In this document: one piece after another, positions 23,529-32,186 of the stretch
Numbering within the stretch: the stretch's first letter is position 1
How the letters are laid out: each line of letters opens with the position of its first letter
IMG/VR virus record: IMGVR_UViG_3300032269_001670
Location: 1-64,000 of that record
DNA: 64,000 bases
Source of the DNA: a virus
Taxonomy: Duplodnaviria > Caudoviricetes
Strand: one strand, 5' to 3'
Translations under genes and position numbers: made by a program
Notes under the pieces: generated by a model
Told to the model about the DNA's origin: nothing
Databases searched by the model: none
Seen by the model: the letters and a program-made list of their open reading frames with translations, nothing else

Positions 23529-23707
23529 TGGAGCCGATAATCATCCGCAAGGAAGAAGCCCCAACGACGGATCTAAAGTGCCGAGACTGCGACGACAAAG
23601 CTCGTGCCGTTTGGCTTGATGGCGGCGGTGCGGTGCCACTATGCGATCCGTGCGTAGAGGCGCGACGAAAGGTATACCGCCGCAAGTATGCCGTGATGCC
23701 CGGATGA
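23528..23707 (+). CDS. small zinc-finger-like protein
   Basis: 59 aa; CRDC...CDPC; start overlaps upstream stop. Confidence 0.55.
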   Translation: MEPIIIRKEEAPTTDLKCRDCDDKARAVWLDGGGAVPLCDPCVEARRKVYRRKYAVMPG

Positions 23708-23922
23708 GCGCGCCTATTGAGCCCTATATCATGTGGCGGCCTAGCCTGAAGTACTATGCGTGTAACGAGTGCCGAGGAAACTCCGTTGGGTATTACATCA
23801 ATGAACATCGATGGTGGAGCCGACTCTGCAAGGAGTGCATGCAAAAAGCCAAGGATAAGTATGAAACTCAGACCGGCAAGAAAGTAGGGGAAAGTCGGAA
23901 GGCATCCCTAGAGGGGTTATAA
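23704..23922 (+). CDS. small zinc-finger-like protein
   Basis: 72 aa; CNEC...CKEC; ATGA overlap. Confidence 0.55.
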   Translation: MSAPIEPYIMWRPSLKYYACNECRGNSVGYYINEHRWWSRLCKECMQKAKDKYETQTGKKVGESRKASLEGL

Positions 23923-23924
23923 GT

Positions 23925-24323
23925 ATGGCTTTAAAGATTGCCGCTTTTCTTGGGCTCTGGTTTGGAGTCACCGCAGCTATCCTGATCAACACCCCTGCCA
24001 AAGGAACGGATTCCTCTCGGTTTTCTGACCAGTTGGTAGCCCTGCATGAAGAAGTATTTTATTGGCACGAGAGTATGTACATTGGCGGAGCCGGAGCCGA
24101 GTGGAAGCCTGATTGGGACTGGTACATGGACTTGCAGGGGAAGATTGAAAGGTTCCAGGCGGAACTCGACCGTGCCCCCAATAGCTCGTGTGCAAACGAA
24201 GCTCGTGCTATCGTCATCTTGCACTGGCCATGGCTTGCCACAAGTCCTGCTGACATTGCCGGGGTTGAGCTCCGATGGAAGGAATCTATCGACAAACTGC
24301 CGTTATTGTGTGGAGAGTTTTAA
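23925..24323 (+). CDS. hypothetical exported or membrane-anchored protein
   Basis: N-terminal hydrophobic segment. Confidence 0.6.
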   Translation: MALKIAAFLGLWFGVTAAILINTPAKGTDSSRFSDQLVALHEEVFYWHESMYIGGAGAEWKPDWDWYMDLQGKIERFQAELDRAPNSSCANEARAIVILHWPWLATSPADIAGVELRWKESIDKLPLLCGEF

Positions 24324-24335
24324 GGAGGCACGAGC

Positions 24336-24737
24336 ATGACGAAGAAGAAGGTGATTACCGCCGACGACGTGCGAGAGATGAAGGCCATGCTTGACATGGT
24401 GAACTTGTCGTCTCTTGATAAACCATACGGGGAAGATAACGAAGCAACGCTAGGAGATCTAGTCGAGTCCCCGGGGCCATCCCCAGAGGAGCTTAGTCTC
24501 ACGTCTGATATGGTGCGCCTCATTCACGAGATGCTTGAAAGCCTTCCCGACCGGGATCGAGACATCCTTTGTATGCGCTACGGGATCGGCCTGAATCGCC
24601 CAATGACGATGGAGGAGGTAGGCCAAAAGTACAACCTGAGCCGTGAGCGCGTCCGCCAGATTGAAAATGCCGCGCTGACAACGCTCCGGCACCCGAGCAG
24701 GATGCGAAAAATGCGTGCATATTCGGTGGCAGGATGA
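24336..24737 (+). CDS. sigma70 region 3.2/region 4-only protein
   Basis: SLDKPYGEDNEATLGDLV...LPDRDRDILCMRYG...TMEEVGQKYNLSRERVRQIENAALTTLRHPSR; region 2 absent. Confidence 0.9.
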   Translation: MTKKKVITADDVREMKAMLDMVNLSSLDKPYGEDNEATLGDLVESPGPSPEELSLTSDMVRLIHEMLESLPDRDRDILCMRYGIGLNRPMTMEEVGQKYNLSRERVRQIENAALTTLRHPSRMRKMRAYSVAG

Positions 24738-24961
24738 AAGCAAATCGACTTGAGGGAGCCCCAACCCCGGATGAAGTACTCGTTGCGATGCGTGAATACA
24801 TGGACACTTGGAACCGAGCTCCGACGTTCCGCGAGATGACCGAGATCCTTAATTGCGGTCGAAGCACTGTACAACGCGCCGTCAATAAGCTTGAACAGGA
24901 CGGGTGGATTATGCGTCGTCCGTACGGCACGCGCAGTTGGAAGATTAAGCGCATCCGATAA
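24734..24961 (+). CDS. LexA-type winged-HTH protein without peptidase domain
   Basis: YMDTWNRAPTFREMTEILNCGRSTVQRAVNKLEQDGWIMRRPYGTRS. Confidence 0.75.
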   Translation: MKANRLEGAPTPDEVLVAMREYMDTWNRAPTFREMTEILNCGRSTVQRAVNKLEQDGWIMRRPYGTRSWKIKRIR

Positions 24962-24986
24962 TGAAGAAGCCGAAAAGCGCTAAGTC

Positions 24987-25544
24987 ATGAGGATTCGACT
25001 TCGCCCGGCGTACTCAGATGCCGCCTTAGCCAAGCTTTATCAGGTGCCGCACCAGCACGCCAAGTTCCCGGATCACATCCTTAGGGTAAAGATGACCATT
25101 GCGCTGGCTTCGTATTTTCCCAACGTTAAGACCATTGCCGACCTGTCTGCTGGAGACGCGACGATCATCAACGCTATCCACGCGGAAAAACGGTACATTG
25201 GGGACTTTGCCCCGGCCTATGAATTTGTAGGGCCGATTGAAAAAACCATTCACGAAATCCCTAATGTCGATCTCTTCATTTGCTCAGAGACCGTTGAGCA
25301 TTTAGACAACCCAGACGAGGTCTTGGCAATGATTAGCAAGAAAGCAAAGCACCTGATTCTTTCTACCCCGGTTGGGGAGATGAACGATCAGAACCCAGAG
25401 CATTACTGGGGCTGGGACCACGAGGGCGTGCGCGAGATGCTTTTGGCCTCTGGGTTTGCCCCCAAAGCGTTTGCCAACTTCAGGATAATGGGTATAGGCT
25501 ACATGTATCAAGCCTGGGCGTGTGACTCAAAACAAAGGATTTGA
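24987..25544 (+). CDS. class I SAM-dependent methyltransferase-like protein
   Basis: IADLSAGDA, DLFICSETVEHLDNP, LILSTP. Confidence 0.7.
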   Translation: MRIRLRPAYSDAALAKLYQVPHQHAKFPDHILRVKMTIALASYFPNVKTIADLSAGDATIINAIHAEKRYIGDFAPAYEFVGPIEKTIHEIPNVDLFICSETVEHLDNPDEVLAMISKKAKHLILSTPVGEMNDQNPEHYWGWDHEGVREMLLASGFAPKAFANFRIMGIGYMYQAWACDSKQRI

Positions 25545-25570
25545 CAGCCTAATACCCCATACCTTAGAAT
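25541..25570 (+). promoter_or_regulatory. sigma70-type promoter
   Basis: TTGACA-N18-TAGAAT, followed by a GCGGG/CCCGC hairpin and TAGTAGGAGG. Confidence 0.8.
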
Positions 25571-25612
25571 GCAGAAAGCGGGGATGTCCCGCCTAGTAGT
25601 AGGAGGTAATAA

Positions 25613-26026
25613 ATGAATTGCAAGTATTGCGATCCGGCAACAAGCACGGAGATTAAGGTAACCCTCGGCGAGGGCACGATGGGCGTGTATCCCGCACGAA
25701 TCCGCACCGACTATCGTTGGAACGGCTGGCTCTGTCCGGCATTCGATTTCCAGACCGCCCTGCGCGTTGCGGCGGATACCCACCTGCTTGCAGCCGAGCA
25801 CAACGACAAGGGCGACGCGGTAGAGTTCGCCTCCTATAACGCCAGGGATGATGTGTTTATCATGAGCGGCGGTGGCCGCTCGTTCGAAGATGATCTTGTG
25901 GAAATTTCCGCAACCCCGTGCTGTGGGCGCTATGATATTGGTTCAATGAACTGGACATGGGTCGAAGATATGCCAGAGCTTGGCGACGATCCGCAGTTCA
26001 CGGCAACGCTGCCGCTTGAAGGATAA
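25613..26026 (+). CDS. hypothetical protein
   Basis: 137 aa; RWNGWLCPAF...IGSMNWTW. Confidence 0.7.
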   Translation: MNCKYCDPATSTEIKVTLGEGTMGVYPARIRTDYRWNGWLCPAFDFQTALRVAADTHLLAAEHNDKGDAVEFASYNARDDVFIMSGGGRSFEDDLVEISATPCCGRYDIGSMNWTWVEDMPELGDDPQFTATLPLEG

Positions 26027-26036
26027 AGAAGGAGTA

Positions 26037-26594
26037 ATGATGGTCAAGAAGAAGTCAGAAGTTGAGTACATTGAGGTCGTTCGGTACGACGAAGAAGTGG
26101 GAGATGAGTATCTTGCCAAGGTTCCAAAGATTTCTCTGGATGCGTGCCAGCTGTGCGCGTGTGCCGGATGCCTGTCAGACAAGTGCTGCGAGCATCTTGA
26201 ATACTGGAACAGTACAAACGGCAAGCCTGCGCGCTACCAGATTGATGACTTGCGCAACGAGATTGAGCAACGCAATAAGATCATCAAGGCGCTTGAGCAG
26301 CGTTTACAAGCCATTGGGCAGTCGTGCACAGTATTCCTGCGGCGAGATCATGTCGGTGTACTGCCGGAAGACAAGGCATTTATCGAAGTGCTTGGAGCCG
26401 CTGCGTCAATGGGGGTTGCCCATTGGGATCGCCTGATCGCCAACGACGATTATTTGTGCAAGGCATGCAAGTGCAATCTCTGCTGCGAGCGCATGATGGT
26501 CGAGCTCAAAAATAAGCGGAGCATTGGAGACTTTGCAAAAGTCCCGGAGTGCTGCGGCCACAAGGTCAGCAGCTGGGCAGATCTGCCGTTTTAG
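26037..26594 (+). CDS. Cys-rich hypothetical protein
   Basis: 185 aa; RBS AAGGAG; CQLCACAGC, CKACKCNLCC. Confidence 0.65.
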   Translation: MMVKKKSEVEYIEVVRYDEEVGDEYLAKVPKISLDACQLCACAGCLSDKCCEHLEYWNSTNGKPARYQIDDLRNEIEQRNKIIKALEQRLQAIGQSCTVFLRRDHVGVLPEDKAFIEVLGAAASMGVAHWDRLIANDDYLCKACKCNLCCERMMVELKNKRSIGDFAKVPECCGHKVSSWADLPF

Positions 26595-26609
26595 GCGGGA
26601 AGGATAACC

Positions 26610-26936
26610 ATGTGCAACGAATACAACGGTTGGGTTAATTGGGAAACTTGGAACATGGCGCTCTGGATTGGCGAAAGCGATGACGAAAGCATTTTGAGTC
26701 AAGCAAACCGAGAGATTGAAGATTTTACTGGAGAAACGGAAATGGACATCACCGGAGCTACCTGCTCGCTGGCAGAATGGCTACAGACATATTGCGAAGA
26801 AGTGTATCTTGGTCATCTAAACCAGGATGACTTGCGCGGTCCGGCCGCTGATGCCATCTACAGCAGCTACCTTCCTAAGGTAGAATGGCATGATATTGCT
26901 AAACATTACATTCAGGAGGCCTTAAATGAAGCTTGA
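26610..26936 (+). CDS. conserved-looking phage hypothetical protein
   Basis: YNGWVNWETWNMALWI motif. Confidence 0.75.
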   Translation: MCNEYNGWVNWETWNMALWIGESDDESILSQANREIEDFTGETEMDITGATCSLAEWLQTYCEEVYLGHLNQDDLRGPAADAIYSSYLPKVEWHDIAKHYIQEALNEA

Positions 26937-27090
26937 GTTTGCGCAGGATCTTGTGATTATTGGTGGTGGAGCGTTGTTGATGTGGGCCGGAGTCATTGCC
27001 AAAGACCCTATTAACATCGTGCTCTCTGGGGCGTTCCTGCTCTTTGGGCTTGCCACCTTGTACGTAGACGTTCGGCGGAATATCCGGTGA
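26926..27090 (+). CDS. small two-TM membrane protein
   Basis: 54 aa; RBS AGGAGG; two hydrophobic segments. Confidence 0.6.
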   Translation: MKLEFAQDLVIIGGGALLMWAGVIAKDPINIVLSGAFLLFGLATLYVDVRRNIR

Positions 27091-27377
27091 TCGGAGAAGA
27101 CATTCGCTGGTCCCTCGAGCAGGCATGGAGCAGGTATCGCCTCGGGTTGCTAAGCCCTAGTAGTGCTTTATGGTTTTCGTCAAACGCTCCGTGCGAATGC
27201 GGAAATTCAGATGGGTTTAGTTGTTTTAACTCCGAGCATCACGAATGGCGAAGGGTTATGAGCTTGGCCTTCGTGGAAGAGCCGCACCCTGTTGAGCCCC
27301 CGGTATTCGATGCGTGCGATGTGTGCGCGTGCGTTGGATGCTCTGCGGGGAATTGCTGTGAGCATGAGGGAATTTGA
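27087..27377 (+). CDS. Cys-rich hypothetical protein
   Basis: 96 aa; DACDVCACVGCSAGNCCEH resembles DACQLCACAGCLSDKCCEH in 26037-26594. Confidence 0.6.
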   Translation: MIGEDIRWSLEQAWSRYRLGLLSPSSALWFSSNAPCECGNSDGFSCFNSEHHEWRRVMSLAFVEEPHPVEPPVFDACDVCACVGCSAGNCCEHEGI

Positions 27378-27378
27378 T

Positions 27379-27726
27379 ATGTGGAATACGTTGGAGTATA
27401 TTTCCGAACTGCCACCGGAGGCGTTCCGGACCGTAGAATTCAATGGGGACCGTATCGTCTTGCATCAGGTTGGAAGCAAGTGCATCGGCGAGGTTGCGGT
27501 GACACATGAACCGTATTGTCGGCTGAACGTTGAACTCGATGTACAACCGCCGCGTGGCTGGTTCTGGCTCAAGCATTGGAGCGAAAATGAGCCGCTTGTT
27601 CAGGCCCTCCTTGATCAGGGCATCCTTGAGCTTCATGAAAGCGCAATGGAGCCCACCGGGTACGTAGTTTGCCGGGCGGCCAAGCTGAAGCCAAAGACAT
27701 TCACGGCGGAAATCCATGGCGCATAG
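27379..27726 (+). CDS. hypothetical protein
   Basis: 115 aa; WLKHWSENEPLVQALLDQGILE. Confidence 0.65.
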   Translation: MWNTLEYISELPPEAFRTVEFNGDRIVLHQVGSKCIGEVAVTHEPYCRLNVELDVQPPRGWFWLKHWSENEPLVQALLDQGILELHESAMEPTGYVVCRAAKLKPKTFTAEIHGA

Positions 27727-27925
27727 CGGCCATATTGACGGGCATATTCACGTTGACTGCGAAGACAGCGCCCAAGCGACGCAATATTCTGCTTGCGAAT
27801 GCTGCAACGGGTTCCTTGACGAGGTTAAATCTAATGTGTATGAGCTGCAGCAATCCGCCCGAGAGCAGGGTCTTTGCCCCGGGTGTGGCAGCGACTGGTG
27901 CGCCGGAGGGTGCGATGAGGACTGA
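27716..27925 (+). CDS. small Cys/His-rich protein
   Basis: 69 aa; CECC, CPGC, C..GC. Confidence 0.55.
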   Translation: MAHSGHIDGHIHVDCEDSAQATQYSACECCNGFLDEVKSNVYELQQSAREQGLCPGCGSDWCAGGCDED

Positions 27926-28134
27926 TAGGGTGTATGATTTGATTATCACCGCATTGGTCGGTGGGTTAATCTGGTTGCTGGCCAGCGCGGTCGGCGTATT
28001 GTAGAAGGAGTAATCATGGGTACTATTTTCTTTGGAATTGCGTTCTTGGCCATCTTGGTCACCGGGATCAGCGAGTATCGCCGGCATCTTCGTGTCATTA
28101 ATGCCACTCGTTATGCAAAGACCGGGAAGAAGAA

Positions 28135-28431
28135 GTGAGCTATAGCTACACAAAGAAGGATATTCAGGACGGTATCGACGCACTAAACCGGCGCTGCGGA
28201 TTTGAGCCCGGGTCTAAGCTGTGGAGCACCGTCGACGGAAAACAAGTTTCACAGGTTGGTTATTATCACTCCTGGAATAACGGTAGCGGCTTGCAACTTG
28301 TCCAGACCGTCAATGCGCAGGGCGGCCATCGAACTGTCCTTAAGCTGATTGCGAAAAATAAGCGAGAGCTTTATAATTTGATCTGGGCGTACATTGCCGG
28401 CCTTGATGATGGAAAGGGTACACATGTCTGA
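28135..28431 (+). CDS. hypothetical protein
   Basis: 98 aa; GTG overlaps upstream stop. Confidence 0.6.
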   Translation: MSYSYTKKDIQDGIDALNRRCGFEPGSKLWSTVDGKQVSQVGYYHSWNNGSGLQLVQTVNAQGGHRTVLKLIAKNKRELYNLIWAYIAGLDDGKGTHV

Positions 28432-28894
28432 AGAATACACGCTAGAGGTTATTGAGGCCCGAGAGCTACTCGCCGAAGAAAATGGCGAAGAGAAGCCCGC
28501 GCGGTGCCAATTTTGCGATCCGGAAAGCAGCCATGAAGCCATGCTCACGTTGCATGGAATGGATTGGGTTCCAACGTATGGGAGATACTTGAAAAATTTT
28601 GGAAGTGATGAATGGCTAACTTGCGCATTTCCGGCATTTGAAGTCCGCACCATGAAGGCATTCCTTGATGAGCGCATCCAAAGGGATTGGCCAAACTCAA
28701 CTATTGTTATCCTTGATGAGGTAGATGATTCGATTTATGTCGTTGAATCCGGGGTAAAAGACCCTAACGAAGCTGTTGAGCGCATTTACCCAACTGAATG
28801 CTGCAGTCTATACTGGATTGGAAAGCCGTCGTGGCCTTGGACTATTGTTCCCCCGGTATCGGAAGAAGAAGACCCAGACCATCCAAATGCCTAG
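28424..28894 (+). CDS. hypothetical protein
   Basis: 156 aa; RBS GGAAAGGG. Confidence 0.6.
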   Translation: MSEEYTLEVIEARELLAEENGEEKPARCQFCDPESSHEAMLTLHGMDWVPTYGRYLKNFGSDEWLTCAFPAFEVRTMKAFLDERIQRDWPNSTIVILDEVDDSIYVVESGVKDPNEAVERIYPTECCSLYWIGKPSWPWTIVPPVSEEEDPDHPNA

Positions 28895-29102
28895 GATGTC
28901 ATATGGTCGCCCAATAAATCCGCTTGGTGTGTGCAATCATTGCGCAAGAGTTGGACGTGTCTGGGAGTATGGGGCGGACGAACCTGGTCAGCAAAAAAAT
29001 ATCTGCCACGAGTGCATTGGCGCCGTGATTGAGCAGCCAAGTCCGCCAAAGAAAGACCGCAAGAGACGGTCTGGGGATTTGGGCGACCGGTCAGTCGATT
29101 AG
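28887..29102 (+). CDS. small zinc-finger-like protein
   Basis: 71 aa; CNHC...CHEC. Confidence 0.55.
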   Translation: MPRMSYGRPINPLGVCNHCARVGRVWEYGADEPGQQKNICHECIGAVIEQPSPPKKDRKRRSGDLGDRSVD

Positions 29103-29528
29103 CCCAAGGCTGATTGATTGCTTTTGCACCGTCTTATAAAACTTTGATGCGTGCCTAAGAGCTCGTTTAGCAACGCCAATTGGCATGTATTCAGTGGCAA
29201 GCTTAATGTATGTCTCTGCCCACTTTTTTGTGTGGTTCTCTTTTGTAATAATGTGCGCAAGCTCGTGTACGGCCGTATCGACGTCGTTGGCACATAGAGT
29301 TACCTCGCCAAAATCCGTTTCAGCCTCACCCATGGGGTGATGGTCGCCGTAGCTTGATCGACTTTTGGGTGGGTTGTGATAGTGCAGCCGGACAACCGTT
29401 AGGTTGATTTTTCGGGACTCTGCAATGGCCGCAACGACGGTCAACGACTTTCGCCAGCGAGTAAGATCACGCTTGGGCATCTGGACGGGGATAACCAGCT
29501 CAAAAGGGAGATCTTCGTACCACGCCAC
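29091..29528 (-). CDS. zincin-like metallopeptidase domain protein
   Basis: TAVHELAHIITKENHTKKW (HExxH...H); start uncertain. Confidence 0.65.
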   Translation of the reverse strand: MAWYEDLPFELVIPVQMPKRDLTRWRKSLTVVAAIAESRKINLTVVRLHYHNPPKSRSSYGDHHPMGEAETDFGEVTLCANDVDTAVHELAHIITKENHTKKWAETYIKLATEYMPIGVAKRALRHASKFYKTVQKQSISLGLID

Positions 29529-29529
29529 C

Positions 29530-29988
29530 TCATCGGCCCTTCTTTCGCTTTGAACCGCAGGTTGGGCATACATCGCCATCTTCGCCTTCGGTGTTATTGA
29601 GTTTGGCCAAGAGCTTCTGAATATCGTCCTGATCGAATGCCGTGTCGAGAAGGTAGTTCCCAGCATCTGCTTCCTGGAGCAGCGCAAGCAGGGTATCATC
29701 GTTCCAGCTTGCCAGTTCTGCTGTCTTATTGTCCGCAAGAAGAATTGCCTTTGCCCGCTCATCGTCGCAGTCCGCCCAGAAGACCGGGACCTCTTTGATG
29801 CCGCAAATCCGAGCGGCCTGTACGCGATGATTCCCAGCAAGGATGTAACCGGTCGATTTCTGAGCCACGACCGCGCCAAACCACCCGTTCTTCTTGATGC
29901 TTGTAACAATCGCGCCAATATCCCCTTCACGAGGATTATCCGGGTGAAGGATGAGATCGTCGATATTTTCTGTGCTGACTTCTGGCAT
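29530..29988 (-). CDS. ParB/Srx N-terminal domain protein
   Basis: HPDNPR, SIKKNGW, ILAGNHRVQAA, LADNKTAE; C-terminal CPTC. Confidence 0.85.
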   Translation of the reverse strand: MPEVSTENIDDLILHPDNPREGDIGAIVTSIKKNGWFGAVVAQKSTGYILAGNHRVQAARICGIKEVPVFWADCDDERAKAILLADNKTAELASWNDDTLLALLQEADAGNYLLDTAFDQDDIQKLLAKLNNTEGEDGDVCPTCGSKRKKGR

Positions 29989-30152
29989 GGTTCCCCCCTG
30001 ATATGATATGCTCATGGTAGGCAATGGCCTTACTTGTGAGAATAGCCTATACTCGTCTTGGAAACAAGCGCCGGCAATGCTGGCGAGGAGGTAGTTAAAT
30101 GTCTAGTAGACACGTGTCTAGCTCGCTGCTACCGTACCCGGAGGAGGCTCGC

Positions 30153-30860
30153 ATGAAGCTACTGGCACGCAGAGCTCACCGACGATTGTGGACAGTGCTC
30201 GTCGCGCTGGCCGTAGCGGGAGCACTCCTCGTCGCCCCCGCGCCTAGCGTGGAGACGGCTACTGCTCCGGGTGTCCAGTACTATGATTACCCGAAAACCC
30301 CCAATGTTGACGTAGCGTTTAACCGCGCCTATTGGGCCCCTGCTCAAAAAATGATTGGCTTTGGCACAACCTACGATGCCTATCGGCACGCAAGGTCCTG
30401 GTACGATAACCCCAAAACCTGGGTTTCTGTAGATCCCAATAACAAGCAGCTTACAAAGGCCAAGTGCCTGCAGAATCCAAGCTGGGACTGCTACTACCGC
30501 AACATGGGAAGCTGGAGCAAATTGGTTCGCCCATGGAATGGCCTTAAGTACGTTGGAAATATGTACGCTGCCATTGGCCCCGTTCTCCGAAAACGGATTG
30601 CCGAACAGATGCCCCTTTGGCATCAGATTCCCAGCAACAAGCTTTTGATCACGTCCCTAGTGACCCACAAGTCGGTTGAGGTGTGGATTGTTGACTTCTG
30701 TGACTGCCGCCAGAGCCACCCAAGTGGACCTGCGTCAGCGTGGTCTCTGGTAGACTTGTCACCGCAGGTGTGGGCAGCTTTGGGGGCCTATAAAAACGGC
30801 CACAGCGGCTCTAATATTAAAGGATGGAAAAACACAATTGAAGTACGGTTTTTGCCGTAA
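30153..30860 (+). CDS. exported protein with RlpA/expansin-like double-psi beta-barrel
   Basis: Signal-like N-terminus; SVEVWIVDFCDC...LVDLSPQVWAALG...IEVRF. Confidence 0.65.
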   Translation: MKLLARRAHRRLWTVLVALAVAGALLVAPAPSVETATAPGVQYYDYPKTPNVDVAFNRAYWAPAQKMIGFGTTYDAYRHARSWYDNPKTWVSVDPNNKQLTKAKCLQNPSWDCYYRNMGSWSKLVRPWNGLKYVGNMYAAIGPVLRKRIAEQMPLWHQIPSNKLLITSLVTHKSVEVWIVDFCDCRQSHPSGPASAWSLVDLSPQVWAALGAYKNGHSGSNIKGWKNTIEVRFLP

Positions 30861-30869
30861 GGAGGAGTA

Positions 30870-31229
30870 ATGGGCCCAGAACTTGTGTACTTGCTTTCAC
30901 AGATCCGCGTTGGCCGAGAAAACGCAGTTACCTACAAAGAGCTTTCCAAGAAAACTATGTGGAACAGCCGGGCTATTCAAATGGCTGTTGAGGAGCTTAG
31001 GAATGTCTGGGAACAGCCGATCTGCTCCGCGTCCGATAGCCCTGCAGGAATTTATATTGCTACCAGTTCAGAGGAGCTGGATACGTGGGCAAACATGCAG
31101 CGGGAGCGCGCCCGGAGCCTTCTTCGCTCCTCATGGGCCATCCGAAAGATTGCCAAGAAGTGGAAGGTTCAGGAAGACCAGGCCAGAAGGGACAATGCAG
31201 TACCCGGAGAGGTAACCCTCGGCCTATAA
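30870..31229 (+). CDS. winged-HTH protein
   Basis: GRENAVTYKEL...RAIQMAVEELR...PICS...GIYIATSSEE. Confidence 0.7.
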   Translation: MGPELVYLLSQIRVGRENAVTYKELSKKTMWNSRAIQMAVEELRNVWEQPICSASDSPAGIYIATSSEELDTWANMQRERARSLLRSSWAIRKIAKKWKVQEDQARRDNAVPGEVTLGL

Positions 31230-31245
31230 TCTGGTATAGTCTAAC

Positions 31246-31317
31246 GGGGCCGCGTATACGCCAAAGGTCATCATGCCTGAGGGTAACGGCGGGTGAAACT
31301 CCCGCCCGGCTCCACCA
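31246..31317 (+). ncRNA. tRNA-like RNA with alanine identity (G3:U70), resembling a tmRNA tRNA-like domain
   Basis: GGGGCCG/CGGCTCC-A-CCA acceptor stem; GGCGGG-TGAAACT-CCCGCC T-like arm; TGG-TATAGT 5 nt upstream. Confidence 0.7.
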
Positions 31318-31327
31318 AAGGAGAATT

Positions 31328-31549
31328 ATGCCAACATACGACTATAAGTGCGAAAAGTGCGACATCACCCGGGAGACTGTTCGCAAGATGAGCGACGACT
31401 CTAAGGAGCTCTGCTTGGTATGCAATGGCGAGATGCGCGTTGTGTTTAACGCCCCAAAGATTACTTACAGAGGATCAGGTTGGGCATTCCAAGAAAAGAT
31501 TCCCCAGGAAACGCACTTGGTTATTGGATCTGACTCAAAGAAGTCCTGA
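31328..31549 (+). CDS. FmdB-family zinc-ribbon protein
   Basis: MPTYDYKCEKC...CLVC...RVVFNAPKITYRGSGW. Confidence 0.85.
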   Translation: MPTYDYKCEKCDITRETVRKMSDDSKELCLVCNGEMRVVFNAPKITYRGSGWAFQEKIPQETHLVIGSDSKKS

Positions 31550-31880
31550 GCTGACGGGACATATCCCGAATTGCTTTTCCCGGAGTTTCGCCGCGTCCAA
31601 CAATTGACGCAACATCTGGGAGTAAGTCGAGCGGCATAATTTCAGCAACCCAATGTGGTTCCTTGTCGTTGCTGTAATTCCACCAAAAAATCTGCATTGA
31701 CGGAAGCTCAACCCTCTTGCCAACCGATTGCTCAAAATCTCGCCATGCGCATTGCATGCAATCGTCGGGATCAACCGGAAGGCCATAAGACTTCAATCCG
31801 TCTGGTGTTTGGATGAGTGCCGATAAGTGGAGACACTCTGTCTTTTCGCTTACCAGTTTTAGCTCTTTTGAATCCATCAA
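31521..31880 (-). CDS. hypothetical protein with possible HicB-like C-terminus
   Basis: 119 aa; WVAEI...GRGETPGKAI. Confidence 0.55.
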   Translation of the reverse strand: MMDSKELKLVSEKTECLHLSALIQTPDGLKSYGLPVDPDDCMQCAWRDFEQSVGKRVELPSMQIFWWNYSNDKEPHWVAEIMPLDLLPDVASIVGRGETPGKAIRDMSRQLRTSLSQIQ

Positions 31881-32186
31881 ACTCCTACCCCGTATACCCT
31901 GCCCCCGTCGCCCGTCATCCCCGCCATCCCCCCCAGGTCTGGATTGCGCATCCTAGCACACCAAAATCCGAAGTGCCAACTGCTTTGTGGTTCTGCGCCG
32001 CGCCCCAATTTTAAGCACAAAATCGCCCCAATTTTCTAAACCAAAGTATTAACAACATACTCATACCCCGGAACCCTCGCCGCCCGGAGCCCTGAGTCCC
32101 CCCATCCCCCCCTCTCCTTAAAGGTTCTCCCCCCCTTCCCCCAAAAACAAGTTGGCACGTCAAAAGTTTTCGTGTATGATCCCGGC

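Noticed and set aside
31246-31317. Ordinary tRNA-Ala(UGC) or tRNA-Met(CAU)
   Set aside because: No proper D arm, the T loop lacks TTC, and no 5-bp anticodon stem frames TGC or CAT.
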